Below are positions 22,573 through 34,213 of a stretch of DNA of 64,000 bases, in pieces (within the stretch, counting starts at the first letter, position 1; the number at the start of each line of letters is the position of its first letter). The DNA is taken from assembly GCA_947447995.1 (NCBI GenBank), contig CANFLQ010000002.1, forward strand, positions 14,002 to 78,001. The letters are read 5' to 3'. The DNA is from Bacteroidota bacterium (GTDB taxonomy: Bacteria > Bacteroidota > Bacteroidia > 2-12-FULL-35-15). The notes under the pieces were generated by a model. It worked only from the letters and a program-made list of their open reading frames with translations, was not told the DNA's origin and ran no database searches. The translations under genes and the position numbers were made by a program.

Positions 22573-24315
22573 TTAATTTCGTTCTCCAATTTGTTGACGC
22601 CACATTGCATAATATAAACCTTTTTGCCCAATTAAATCTTCGTGTTTCCCTTGCTCAATAATATTACCCTTTTCTAATACAAAAATTTTATCTGCATGCA
22701 TTATTGTACTCAACCGATGAGCAATAAGAATTGTTATTTGACTGTTATTTTTGGATAAGTCGCGAATTGTTTTACTAATTTCTTCTTCCGTTAATGAATC
22801 TAACGAAGAAGTAGCTTCATCAAAAACCAATAAAGAAGGTTGACGCAGCAAAGCTCGAGCAATTGATAAACGTTGTTTTTCGCCACCAGAAACTTTTACA
22901 CCGCCTTCTCCAATCATTGTATTAATACCATTATTAGCTCTGGCAAGTAAGTTTTGACAAGCTGATTTGTTTAATACTTCCAAACATTCATCGTCAGTTG
23001 CATTTGGGGCAACAAACAATAAATTTTCTTTGATAGTACCCGCAAATAACTGGGTATCTTGAGTTACAAATCCAATTTGCGATCGCAATTCATCTAAGCC
23101 AATTTTATGTACACTATTTTCATTGTATAAAATATCACCTTCTTGTGGTTGGTATAAACCAACTAGTAATTTTACCAAAGTAGTTTTACCCGAACCCGAA
23201 GGGCCTACAAATGCAATGGTTTCCCCTTTTACTGTTTCAAATGAAATATTTTCTAAGGCTTTATTTTTTGCTGATTTATGTTTAAATGAAACATTTTGAA
23301 ATTTTAATTTTTGTATTTCGTTTATCACAATTGGATATAATGGTTTTTTTTCTTTTGGCGTATCTAAAATGGTTTGAAAGTTTTCCAATGATGCCTCGGC
23401 TTCCCGATAAACTGTAATAATATTACCCAATTCCTGTAATGGCCCAAAAATAAAGAAGGAGTAAATTTGTAATGAAAACAGTTCACCCAAGGTCATCGTT
23501 TCCTTAAAAATTAAAAATAAAAGCAAAAATAAAATACTACTACGTAAAAGGTTTACAAACGTCCCTTGTATAAAACTAATACTTCTGATATAGCGCACTT
23601 TTTTAAGCTCTAATCCAAGTATTTTTATAGTTATACCATTAAGTCGGTTAATTTCCTGATTCGCTAATCCTAAACTTTTTACCAACTCTATATTCCGTAA
23701 AGATTCTGTAGTAGAACCAGCTAAAGAAGTTGTTTCCCCAACTATTTTTTTCTGAATTACTTTTATTCGTTTACTCAAAAGAGATGTAACAAATCCTAAA
23801 ACAGGGACAGATGCAAAATATACAACAGCAATTAACCAATGTATTTTAATGGCATAAACCATCACAAAAACAACACCAACAAGCGATGTGAATAAAATAT
23901 TAACAAAAGCAAAAATAAGTTTTTCAACATCAATTCTCACTTTTTGTAGTTTACCCAATGTTTCGCCACTTTGTTGATCTTCAAATACCTGATAAGGCAA
24001 TTCAAGTGAATGTTTAAGTCCATCGGAATAAATTTGAGCACCTAGTTTTTGAGTAATAACATTGGTATAATAATCCTGAAAATTTTTTGCAATACGAGAC
24101 ACCATTGCAAATCCCATCGACAAAAGGATTAAACTGCCAACACCTTTAATGTATTCGATTTTGGTGTAATTATGATGGTTGGATCCATAATTATCAACAA
24201 GATGCTTAAAAACTAATGGATCTAAAAGCGAGAATATTTGATTAATAGTAGCTAATATCAATGCCAGAGCTACGAATTTTTTATATTGTTTTAGATAATT
24301 AAAGAGTAGTTTCAT
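22573..24315 (-). CDS. ABC exporter with fused permease and ATPase (MsbA-like).
   Basis: 6-TM N-terminal half, Walker A GPSGSGKT, signature LSGGEKQRLSIARALL, Walker B LLVFDEATS. Confidence 0.85.
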   Translation of the reverse strand: MKLLFNYLKQYKKFVALALILATINQIFSLLDPLVFKHLVDNYGSNHHNYTKIEYIKGVGSLILLSMGFAMVSRIAKNFQDYYTNVITQKLGAQIYSDGLKHSLELPYQVFEDQQSGETLGKLQKVRIDVEKLIFAFVNILFTSLVGVVFVMVYAIKIHWLIAVVYFASVPVLGFVTSLLSKRIKVIQKKIVGETTSLAGSTTESLRNIELVKSLGLANQEINRLNGITIKILGLELKKVRYIRSISFIQGTFVNLLRSSILFLLLFLIFKETMTLGELFSLQIYSFFIFGPLQELGNIITVYREAEASLENFQTILDTPKEKKPLYPIVINEIQKLKFQNVSFKHKSAKNKALENISFETVKGETIAFVGPSGSGKTTLVKLLVGLYQPQEGDILYNENSVHKIGLDELRSQIGFVTQDTQLFAGTIKENLLFVAPNATDDECLEVLNKSACQNLLARANNGINTMIGEGGVKVSGGEKQRLSIARALLRQPSLLVFDEATSSLDSLTEEEISKTIRDLSKNNSQITILIAHRLSTIMHADKIFVLEKGNIIEQGKHEDLIGQKGLYYAMWRQQIGERN

Positions 24316-24547
24316 AAAAAAATTTTCGCAAAGGTATTAAGTAAAACAAAAGTTTTAATATTTATATTGATAATAGTTTTAAAATATATTTGTTTTTAAT
24401 TGAATATAGCATTGCAATTTTTTACTTTAGATAAAAAACACGCGTATTAATTGGTAGGAGTTTAATTATCTAGTTTATGAATATTTAATTAAAAATAAAT
24501 AATATATAAAAAAATCACCTTTTAAGATTGCTTCTTTTTAATTTCTG

Positions 24548-26086
<1,539 letters not shown>

Positions 26087-26130
26087 TGCACTAAATTAAA
26101 TTGAAAATACTTAACAAAATTTAACAAAAT

Positions 26131-26161
26131 ACCTCCTGAATATTAGGGGGTGTTTTATTTT
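26131..26161 (+). terminator. Intrinsic terminator after guaB.
   Basis: ACCTCCT-gaatatt-AGGGGGT (one G.U pair) followed by a T-rich tract. Confidence 0.5.
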
Positions 26162-26214
26162 GATACTTAGTTATAATAGTTACATTTGCTATCCTAAATT
26201 TAATAATAAAATTC

Positions 26215-28182
26215 ATGTATAGATTATCTGTTTCTAAATCAATAATACTTTCACTTGCATTATTATCGTATAATGGTACCAAAGCTCAGTCTAACAAAAA
26301 CAATGTGTTGATGACTGTTGGTAATAGTAAAATTACAGTGGAAGATTTTTTAAATGTATATCATAAAAATAATTCGACAGAAAATTTAAAGGACACAAAA
26401 TCTTTGGATGAGTATGTGAATTTATTTGTAAACTTTAAATTAAAAGTAAAAGAAGCCGAAGAGTTAGGTTTAGATACCGTAAAATCTTTTAAAGATGAGC
26501 TCTCAGGTTATCGTAAACAACTTGCTCAACCATATTTAACGGACAAAGCTGTTAATGAAAAACTGTTACAAGAAACATATACCCGATTACAAACAGATAT
26601 AAGAGCATCTCATATTTTAGTAAAATGTAATGAAAATGCCTTGCCAAAAGATACGTTAGAAGCATATAATAAAATTATGAAAATACGTACCCGTATTTTA
26701 AAAGGTGAAAATTTTAATAACGTAGCATCGGAAAAAGGAATTTCTGACGATCCATCTGCGAAGGATAATGGAGGCAATTTAGGCTATTTTACTGCACTGC
26801 AAATGGTTTACCCATTTGAAACAGCAGCTTATAATACCAAAATTGGAAATATATCTATGCCTATTCGCACACGTTTTGGTTATCACATTGTAAAAGTTAC
26901 AGATTCCAGAAAAGCGAGAGGCGAAGTTCTTACAGCACATATTATGGTTAAAACTCCTGTTAACATGAGTAAAGACGATTCATTAACAGCCAAAACAAAA
27001 ATTACTGAAATTTATAACAAACTTAAAGCAGGTGAAAAATTTGAAGACATGGCAACACAGTTTTCGGATGATAAAGCTTCGGCAAAAAAAGGAGGAGAAT
27101 TACCTTGGTTTGGAACAAATAAAATGCCTGCTGAATTTGAAGAAACTTCATTTTTATTGCAAAATAAAGGAGATTTTTCTTTACCAGTAAAAACGCAATA
27201 TGGATGGCACATAATTAAATTAATAGATAAAAAAGCTTTAGCTTCATTTAATGAAATGAAAAATGAGCTAAAAGCAAAAGTTACAAAGGATTCTAGATCA
27301 CAAGTTGGAAAAGAATCATTAATAGCAAAACTAAAATTAGAATATTCGTGTAAAGAAATCCAGAAAACTCGTGAAGATTTCTACAAAGTAGTTGATACCA
27401 CATTGTTTGACGGACGTTGGGATATTGCAAAAGCTGGTTCTTTATCAAAAACAATGTTTAATTTTAATGATAAAATATACACACAAAAAGATTTTGCAAA
27501 CTATATTAATAGCCATCAAAGTAAACGATCAAAAGCTGACATTAAAATGGTAGTTGATAATTTGTATAAACAATTTGTTGATGAATCTATTATTGCTTAT
27601 GAAGAATCAAGATTAGATATAAAATACCCCGAATTTAAGGCATTAATACAAGAATATCGTGATGGGATTTTATTATTTGAATTGACTGATAAAAAAGTAT
27701 GGTCAAAGGCTATTAAGGATACAATAGGTTCTAAAGAATATTATGAAAATAATAAAAATAATTATATGTGGAATGAACGTGCCGACGCAAGTATTTACAG
27801 TTGTGCTGATGAAAAGATAGCTAAAAAGGTTCATGATTTATTAAAAATTGGGAAAGCTGAAAAAGAAATAATTTCGGAAGTAAATAAAATTTCTCAACTA
27901 AATTTACAAGTTGAAACTCGCACCTTTAACAAAGGAGAGAATGATATGATTGATAAAAATTGGACTCCAGGAATATCTGAGATAATAGTTTCTCCTACTT
28001 CTAAGGAAAATATTGTTATTTCTGTTAACAAATTATTAAAACCAGAACCAAAATCATATATAGATTCAAAAGGAGTTGTTACTGCCGATTATCAGAATTA
28101 CCTTGAAAAAAAATGGCTTGAAGAATTAAAATTAAAATACAAAGTAACAATTGACAAAGATGTATTAGCTACTATAAAATAA
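26215..28182 (+). CDS. Peptidyl-prolyl cis-trans isomerase, SurA-like, with two parvulin domains.
   Basis: Signal peptide. Parvulin signatures GYFTALQMVYPFE...FGYHIVKV and GELPWFGTNKMPAEFE...YGWHIIKL. Confidence 0.8.
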   Translation: MYRLSVSKSIILSLALLSYNGTKAQSNKNNVLMTVGNSKITVEDFLNVYHKNNSTENLKDTKSLDEYVNLFVNFKLKVKEAEELGLDTVKSFKDELSGYRKQLAQPYLTDKAVNEKLLQETYTRLQTDIRASHILVKCNENALPKDTLEAYNKIMKIRTRILKGENFNNVASEKGISDDPSAKDNGGNLGYFTALQMVYPFETAAYNTKIGNISMPIRTRFGYHIVKVTDSRKARGEVLTAHIMVKTPVNMSKDDSLTAKTKITEIYNKLKAGEKFEDMATQFSDDKASAKKGGELPWFGTNKMPAEFEETSFLLQNKGDFSLPVKTQYGWHIIKLIDKKALASFNEMKNELKAKVTKDSRSQVGKESLIAKLKLEYSCKEIQKTREDFYKVVDTTLFDGRWDIAKAGSLSKTMFNFNDKIYTQKDFANYINSHQSKRSKADIKMVVDNLYKQFVDESIIAYEESRLDIKYPEFKALIQEYRDGILLFELTDKKVWSKAIKDTIGSKEYYENNKNNYMWNERADASIYSCADEKIAKKVHDLLKIGKAEKEIISEVNKISQLNLQVETRTFNKGENDMIDKNWTPGISEIIVSPTSKENIVISVNKLLKPEPKSYIDSKGVVTADYQNYLEKKWLEELKLKYKVTIDKDVLATIK

Positions 28183-28206
28183 CTTTTAAAAAATATATTT
28201 TAAAAA

Positions 28207-28239
28207 CTACCCTTTCAAAAATGAAAGGGTAGTTTTTTT
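28207..28239 (+). terminator. Intrinsic terminator.
   Basis: CTACCCTTTC-aaaaat-GAAAGGGTAG followed by T7. Confidence 0.7.
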
Positions 28240-28269
28240 ATCAGCAATCTTTATTAATAAATATCAAAT

Positions 28270-29154
28270 TTGAAACATTTAATAAATAAATATCATTTTT
28301 TATTCGGCTTGTTTTTTTTGTTTTTAAATTCTTGTAATACAAAAAACGAAAAGGCTTCAAAAATGCTACCTATTGCACGTGCTAATGATGGTTTTTTATA
28401 TTTGGATAATATTAAGGGAGTAATTCCTGTTGGTACCTCATCGAAAGACAGTATAGAATTAATTAAAAAATACATTGATAATTGGTTACATTCTACATTG
28501 GTGATTCAAAAAGCGGAAGATAATCTGACGGAGGAACAAAAAAATGTTGAAGCGCAGTTAAATGATTATCGCAATTCACTTATCACTTATATTTATGAAA
28601 AAGAACTGGTAAAACAAAAATTAGATACTATAATAAGTAACGAGGAAATTGAGGAGTATTACAATAATAATAAAGGTAATTTTGAGTTGAAGGATAATAT
28701 AATTAAGGTTGTTTATGTTAAAGTAAATAAAAAAGCTCCAGGTCTTAACGATCTAAAAAAGTGGTATAAATCGGATATTCAAAAGGATAAAGATCGCCTT
28801 TCAGATTATTGCCATCAATTTGCTGAAAATTTTTATTTGAATGAGGATTCTTGGTTATTATTTGATGACTTACTAAAAGAAATACCTATTCAAACATACA
28901 ATAAGGAATTGTTTTTACAGAATAATAGATATGTAGAAGTTAGTGATTCTACCAATAATTATTTTTTAAACATCAAAGGATTTAAAATTCGAAACAGTTT
29001 ATCTCCTTTAAGCTTTGAATCTACAAATATCAAAAATATTATCCTAAATAAACGTAAATTGCAACTCATTACAAAAATGAAACAAGATATTTATAATGAT
29101 GCAGTAAACACTAATAAAATTGAAATCTATAAAAATGAACTACAAAAAAAATAA
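28270..29154 (+). CDS. Hypothetical lipoprotein, possibly a chaperone-like protein in the PPIase operon.
   Basis: Lipoprotein signal ...FLFLNSC. Sits between two PPIase genes and overlaps the next gene by 35 bp. Confidence 0.5.
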   Translation: MKHLINKYHFLFGLFFLFLNSCNTKNEKASKMLPIARANDGFLYLDNIKGVIPVGTSSKDSIELIKKYIDNWLHSTLVIQKAEDNLTEEQKNVEAQLNDYRNSLITYIYEKELVKQKLDTIISNEEIEEYYNNNKGNFELKDNIIKVVYVKVNKKAPGLNDLKKWYKSDIQKDKDRLSDYCHQFAENFYLNEDSWLLFDDLLKEIPIQTYNKELFLQNNRYVEVSDSTNNYFLNIKGFKIRNSLSPLSFESTNIKNIILNKRKLQLITKMKQDIYNDAVNTNKIEIYKNELQKK

Positions 29155-30493
29155 ATTATTTCTGTTTAGTATTTTAATATTTACAGGTTTTAAGTTATTT
29201 TCTCAAGAAGTGGTAATTGATAGGGTAATTGCTGTGGTTGGAGTTAATCCAATTTTACAATCAGAGCTTGAAACACAATATCAACAAATGGTTACTGCGC
29301 AGGAAGTTATTAATGAAAATTCCCGTTGTAAATTGCTTGATGAGCTTTTATATCAAAAATTATTATTGGCTCAAGCTCAAAAAGATAGTTTGGATGTATC
29401 AGAAGCCCAGATAGAACAAGAGCTGGATAGACGTATGAACTATTACCTTCAACAATTTGGAAGTGAGGAACGTTTTACTGCATTTTATGGAAAATCGGTA
29501 GACGACTATAAGAACGATTTGAAGGACAATGTAAAAAACATATTGTTATCACAGCAAATGCAAAGCAAAATTACCAGCGATATAACCGTAACTCCCAGTG
29601 AAGTACGAACTTTTTACAATAGTATTCCGGAAGATTCTATCCCCTTTATTAATGCAGAAGTAGAAGTAGGGCAAATAGTTAAAAAACCTCAAGTTTCGAC
29701 TCAAGCAAAAAAAGAAGCGAAAGAAAAAATTGAAGGTATTCGTAAAAAAATAGTAACAGGAGAAAGTTCATTTACTGCAATGGCAGCATTGTATTCCGAA
29801 GATCCAGGATCGGCAAGTAAAGGTGGTGTTTACGAAGGTATTCAACGGGGGCAGTTTGTTCCTGAATGGGACGCTTGGGCATTCAAATTAAAACCAAATG
29901 AAATAAGCGATGTTTTTGAAACTGTTTATGGATATTTTATTGTGCAATTAATTGAACGAAGAGGTAATGAAGTAGATGCCCGCAGTTTATTAATTACTCC
30001 CAAAGTGGATGTTGATGGGATGTTAAAAGCAAAACTATCTTTGGATACTATTTATTCTCATGTTTCGTCTGATTCTATTGCTTTTAATCAAGCAGCAGCA
30101 AAATATTCTGATGATGAAGAAAGTAAAAATAATGGTGGAGTTATTTTAAATCCATATAATGGAACTACACGTTTTCAGATGGATGAATTAGGTCAAATGG
30201 ATCAAACAGTTGCATTTGCCATTGATAAATTAAAAGTAGGAGAATTTACTAAGCCAATGCCTATGACAGGGCGTGATGGAAAACAAGCTTATCGTATTGT
30301 ATATTTAAGAAATAGAACCGTTCCTCATAGAGCAAATTTAACGGACGATTATCAAAAAATGCAAGGCATAGCACTTAATAAAAAACAACAAGAAGCAATC
30401 AGTAATTGGATCAAAAAAAAATCAGTAAATACGTATGTTCATATAACTGATGATTACAAAAACTGTTCTTTTAGTCATAAATGGATAAATTGA
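29120..30493 (+). CDS. Peptidyl-prolyl cis-trans isomerase SurA-like.
   Basis: Signal peptide, SurA_N-like region, and parvulin motifs GVYEGIQRGQFVPEWD...YGYFIVQL. Confidence 0.8.
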   Translation: MKSIKMNYKKNKLFLFSILIFTGFKLFSQEVVIDRVIAVVGVNPILQSELETQYQQMVTAQEVINENSRCKLLDELLYQKLLLAQAQKDSLDVSEAQIEQELDRRMNYYLQQFGSEERFTAFYGKSVDDYKNDLKDNVKNILLSQQMQSKITSDITVTPSEVRTFYNSIPEDSIPFINAEVEVGQIVKKPQVSTQAKKEAKEKIEGIRKKIVTGESSFTAMAALYSEDPGSASKGGVYEGIQRGQFVPEWDAWAFKLKPNEISDVFETVYGYFIVQLIERRGNEVDARSLLITPKVDVDGMLKAKLSLDTIYSHVSSDSIAFNQAAAKYSDDEESKNNGGVILNPYNGTTRFQMDELGQMDQTVAFAIDKLKVGEFTKPMPMTGRDGKQAYRIVYLRNRTVPHRANLTDDYQKMQGIALNKKQQEAISNWIKKKSVNTYVHITDDYKNCSFSHKWIN

Positions 30494-30554
30494 GCCTCAG
30501 CCCTTCATCCCTTTACCTAAAGGAGCGGGGATAAAAGGATAAAAAAATAAAAAC

Positions 30555-31517
30555 ATGTATAAATCAGATGTAGAAGCCGTTGATGCCTTTGTGGGTAAAT
30601 ACAAAGAGTTAAATACTGAAATAGGAAAGGTTATTATAGGTCAAAACGATGTTGTTAAAGATGTTTTAATATCTATTTTTAGCAAAGGACATTGTTTGTT
30701 GGTGGGGGTTCCTGGCCTAGCAAAAACACTATTGGTAAATACCATTTCAGAAACGTTAGGTTTAACGTATAATCGTATTCAGTTTACTCCCGATTTGATG
30801 CCTTCGGACATTATTGGATCCGAAATTTTAGGAGAAGATCGAAATTTTAAATTTATTAAAGGACCGCTATTTGCTAATATAATTTTGGCGGATGAGATTA
30901 ACCGTACACCACCAAAAACACAAGCCGCATTGCTTGAAGCCATGCAGGAACGCAGCATAACAACAGGTGGGAAAAGATACGAACTAGGTAATCCCTTTTT
31001 TGTACTAGCAACTCAAAACCCAATAGAGCAGGAGGGAACTTATGCATTACCGGAGGCTCAGTTGGATAGGTTTATGTTTAATGTTTGGTTAGATTATCCA
31101 AACTACGAAGATGAATTAATGGTTGTAAAAAATACCACTTCTAACAAAAAAACAGAACTAAAAAAAATATTAAGCACCGAAGAAATTATTTATTTTCAGG
31201 AGTTAGTGCGTCGTATTCCTGTATCAGATAATGTGTTAGAATATGCAGTAAAATTAGCTACTAAAACCCGCCCAAATACCCATATGGCTGCTCAAATTGC
31301 CAACGATTATTTATTATGGGGTGCAGGACCAAGAGCATCACAATTTTTAGTAATTGGAGCCAAATGCCACGCATTAACAAAAGGTAAATACTCTCCTGAC
31401 ATTGAAGATGTAAAGGCTATTGCAAAGGCTATTCTTCGTCATAGAATTGTACGCAATTACAAAGCCGAAGCAGAAGGAATTACAACCGATAAAATTATTG
31501 ATGAATTGTTGAAATAG
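30555..31517 (+). CDS. MoxR-family AAA+ ATPase.
   Basis: GHCLLVGVPGLAKT, ADEINRTPPKTQAALLEAMQE, and the 320-aa size typical of MoxR. Confidence 0.9.
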   Translation: MYKSDVEAVDAFVGKYKELNTEIGKVIIGQNDVVKDVLISIFSKGHCLLVGVPGLAKTLLVNTISETLGLTYNRIQFTPDLMPSDIIGSEILGEDRNFKFIKGPLFANIILADEINRTPPKTQAALLEAMQERSITTGGKRYELGNPFFVLATQNPIEQEGTYALPEAQLDRFMFNVWLDYPNYEDELMVVKNTTSNKKTELKKILSTEEIIYFQELVRRIPVSDNVLEYAVKLATKTRPNTHMAAQIANDYLLWGAGPRASQFLVIGAKCHALTKGKYSPDIEDVKAIAKAILRHRIVRNYKAEAEGITTDKIIDELLK

Positions 31518-31529
31518 ATTGCAACTATT

Positions 31530-32018
31530 CTACTTCATATTTACAAATTGCAACGGCAATTCGTAACTTCCTTGTCGCATTAAGGAAATAACAGCCTGTA
31601 AATCGTCTATCTTTTTGGCGGTAACACGCACCTGATCGTCCATCATTTGTGCTTGCACCTTTAGTTTGGAATCTTTGATGTCTTTAATAATTGTTCTGGC
31701 AACATCCTTATCAATCCCCTCTCGTACTTTAATATCCTTACGGATCATAAAACCGGAAGCGACCTGTTCTTTGCCAAAATCTAAACACAAAGGATTCAGA
31801 TGTTGTTTAATCATTCGGCTGCGAATAACATCAATAATAGAATCCATTCGCATATCATTTTCAGTCAATACATTTATGATCATTGCTTTTTTATCCAAAG
31901 TAATTTCCGTTTTGGAACCATTAAAATCAAAGCGATTGGTAATTTCTTTGCGAGCAACATTAATTGCATTATCGAGCAATTGAGCATCTACTTTATTTAC
32001 AATATCAAATGAAGGCAT
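31530..32018 (-). CDS. yajQ: YajQ-family (UPF0234) nucleotide / c-di-GMP-binding protein.
   Basis: MPSFDIVNKVD...ELPLQFVNMK. The ORF track starts 17 codons upstream, but the ATG at 32016-32018 is the likely true start. Confidence 0.8.
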   Translation of the reverse strand: MPSFDIVNKVDAQLLDNAINVARKEITNRFDFNGSKTEITLDKKAMIINVLTENDMRMDSIIDVIRSRMIKQHLNPLCLDFGKEQVASGFMIRKDIKVREGIDKDVARTIIKDIKDSKLKVQAQMMDDQVRVTAKKIDDLQAVISLMRQGSYELPLQFVNMK

Positions 32019-32037
32019 GTGAAATGGGGAAATGATT

Positions 32038-32997
32038 TTAAAACATATAAGCGTATCGCTGATGAGCAAACTTGCTTTTTATAAAATGTATATTATGACT
32101 AAATGCAAGCATTATTTCATGAGTACCTCTACTATATGGTCTTACTTTGCTTGTAAGTATATCGTACGAATAACTAACTTGTAAACAATCCCAAAATGTT
32201 CCGCCAACTTGTAAAGCTATAGCATCTTTCATTCTTAATGAAAAACCTGCAAATACTTTATTTAGATAATGTAAACGAAGTGTATAATCAAGGCTAACGG
32301 GTACAGAAGGTACATAATTAACATAAAGTGTATTTTCTATAATAAAATTAGGATTATTAGAGTAGTTATACCCTAATGTGAAATTTCCATGAGGAACATT
32401 TTGTATGATTCCTTTTTTAGCAGTATCATTTTTAAAAAATTCACCTTTTGATTGAACCAAATGTAAAGCGCTAAAACCGAAATGAAAGCGATCATTGTAT
32501 AAATACATTCCAAAACTTGCATCAGGAATCCAATCATAACTTGTTTTAGTTTGGTCTATTGCAGGGTCTTGGGTATTATGCAATGTTATTTGGCTTCCGT
32601 CTAAAGTATATTTTGTGAAATTTCCAGCAGCTCCTATAGATAATTCAACATCTGGGAAGCGTATGTGATAAGCATAACTTGCACTTATGTCTGTTTGTTT
32701 TGAAGGTCCTATTTGATCTTTTAAAACAGATAAACCTGCACCCATCTTTCCTTTGAAAAATCTTCCATGAACACTAAATGCCATAGTACTAGGTGCTCCG
32801 TCGTATCCAACCCATTGTATACGATCATTTATTCGGACATCAATGGTTCTTTTAGTTCCTGTTATAGCAGGATTTATCATGTACATATTCGTTTTAAATT
32901 GCGTATAATAAGGCAATTGCTGCGCATACAATTGAGTACCCTTTTTATTCACAAGTAATAAAATAGCAATTAGGTATAATAATGTATACTTTTTCAA
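32038..32997 (-). CDS. T9SS type-B membrane protein, PorP/SprF family.
   Basis: Signal peptide, LPYYTQFKTNMYMINPAITG, and beta-barrel character. Lies immediately downstream of the type-B CTD cargo gene. TTG start. Confidence 0.8.
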   Translation of the reverse strand: MKKYTLLYLIAILLLVNKKGTQLYAQQLPYYTQFKTNMYMINPAITGTKRTIDVRINDRIQWVGYDGAPSTMAFSVHGRFFKGKMGAGLSVLKDQIGPSKQTDISASYAYHIRFPDVELSIGAAGNFTKYTLDGSQITLHNTQDPAIDQTKTSYDWIPDASFGMYLYNDRFHFGFSALHLVQSKGEFFKNDTAKKGIIQNVPHGNFTLGYNYSNNPNFIIENTLYVNYVPSVPVSLDYTLRLHYLNKVFAGFSLRMKDAIALQVGGTFWDCLQVSYSYDILTSKVRPYSRGTHEIMLAFSHNIHFIKSKFAHQRYAYMF

Positions 32998-33022
32998 CAG
33001 GTTATAATTTGCATTAATTTTC

Positions 33023-34108
33023 TTATCTCACTATGGTTACAGTACCATGATGTTTATTTTTACCAGTTACTCCAAGATCTATTATATAAAAATATGTAGC
33101 GGAAGGCACATCATTACCAAATGCTTTACCGTCCCAGTTATGACCATCCAATTTATTATCATACCCTTTTGTTTTATAAACTAACTTGCCGTATCTGTTA
33201 TAAATTTCTACTTCATTATTTGGAAATTTCTCAATATTTCCTATATACCATGTATCATTATTATTATCACTATTTGGAGTAAAAGTATTATAAATTACAG
33301 GCTCTTCACTTGGAATTACTACAACGGTTATTGTATCAATTCCTTTGCAATTACCTGATAAGTCGGCACCTATTACAATATAATCAGTTGTTAAAATTGG
33401 TTGAGCATTTGGTTGTTGAGTTTTAGGGTAAGTAAGTGTGTTGGTAGGACTCCAATTATATAAAAAACCGCCAGAAGCATTAAGAGTTGCTGTCTCTCCT
33501 TCATTTATTGTAATATCTGTACCTGCACTAATTGAAGGAGTAGGTATAATAATTACTGTAACTTCATTAATTTTAGGATTGCATCCTGAAGTGGTTGAAG
33601 TAAGCGTATATGTTGTTGTTATTAGGGGAGAAGCAATAGGTTGAGGTAATGAGTTATTACTTAACCCCGTTACGGGTATCCAGCTATATGAAATGTTTTT
33701 TCCTGTAATATTTTTAAATCCCCCAATTAAAGCGGTACCTCCTACACAAATACTTGTATCTGTTCCCGCATTAACATACTGTAAATAATTCATCGAAAAT
33801 TGCACACTAGAAGTGGCAACTTTACCAGAATCGTCGGTAACTTTAAGTGTGTATATAATATCCGTTGTTGGATTTAAAACAGGATTAGAGGTTGTTGTAT
33901 TTGTTAAACCAACCGATGGAGACCAAGAATAGTTGTATGGAGGGGTTCCACCTGAAGCACTTGGGTTACCACCAATTGAAAAACTTTCACTAGGACAAAC
34001 GACTCTGCCAGAACCTGCATTAGCTTTTAATTGTGCTTTTATTGAAGTAACTGTCAATAAAAAAAGCAAAAAGCTAAATTCAAACTTTGCTCTTAGTAAG
34101 TACCTCAT
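33023..34108 (-). CDS. T9SS type-B cargo protein with Ig-like Cys repeats and a CHU_C C-terminal domain.
   Basis: Signal peptide. The repeats ASGG..Y.WSP are homologous to those in the protein at 1-1250. C-terminus TFTPNSDNNNDTWYI...NRYGKLVY...WDGK. Confidence 0.75.
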   Translation of the reverse strand: MRYLLRAKFEFSFLLFLLTVTSIKAQLKANAGSGRVVCPSESFSIGGNPSASGGTPPYNYSWSPSVGLTNTTTSNPVLNPTTDIIYTLKVTDDSGKVATSSVQFSMNYLQYVNAGTDTSICVGGTALIGGFKNITGKNISYSWIPVTGLSNNSLPQPIASPLITTTYTLTSTTSGCNPKINEVTVIIIPTPSISAGTDITINEGETATLNASGGFLYNWSPTNTLTYPKTQQPNAQPILTTDYIVIGADLSGNCKGIDTITVVVIPSEEPVIYNTFTPNSDNNNDTWYIGNIEKFPNNEVEIYNRYGKLVYKTKGYDNKLDGHNWDGKAFGNDVPSATYFYIIDLGVTGKNKHHGTVTIVR

Positions 34109-34140
34109 TTATGTAAAAAATTAAATATTTTTGGCAAATG

Positions 34141-34152
34141 TATATATATATA
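34141..34152. repeat. (TA)6 dinucleotide tract.
   Basis: Sits in the divergent promoter region between the T9SS cargo gene (33023-34108, minus) and the DUF2779-like gene. Confidence 0.5.
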
Positions 34153-34213
34153 TTGTAAATGTAAAGCTTACTGAAATCAATTATACTTACCTTTATCTTA
34201 TTAAATTAAAATT

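Noticed and set aside
30494-30554. Possible terminator between the SurA-like gene and the MoxR gene.
   Set aside because: The stem is weak and imperfect (CCCTTTACC...GGAGCGGGG) without a clear U-tract. Probably just an intergenic spacer within an operon.
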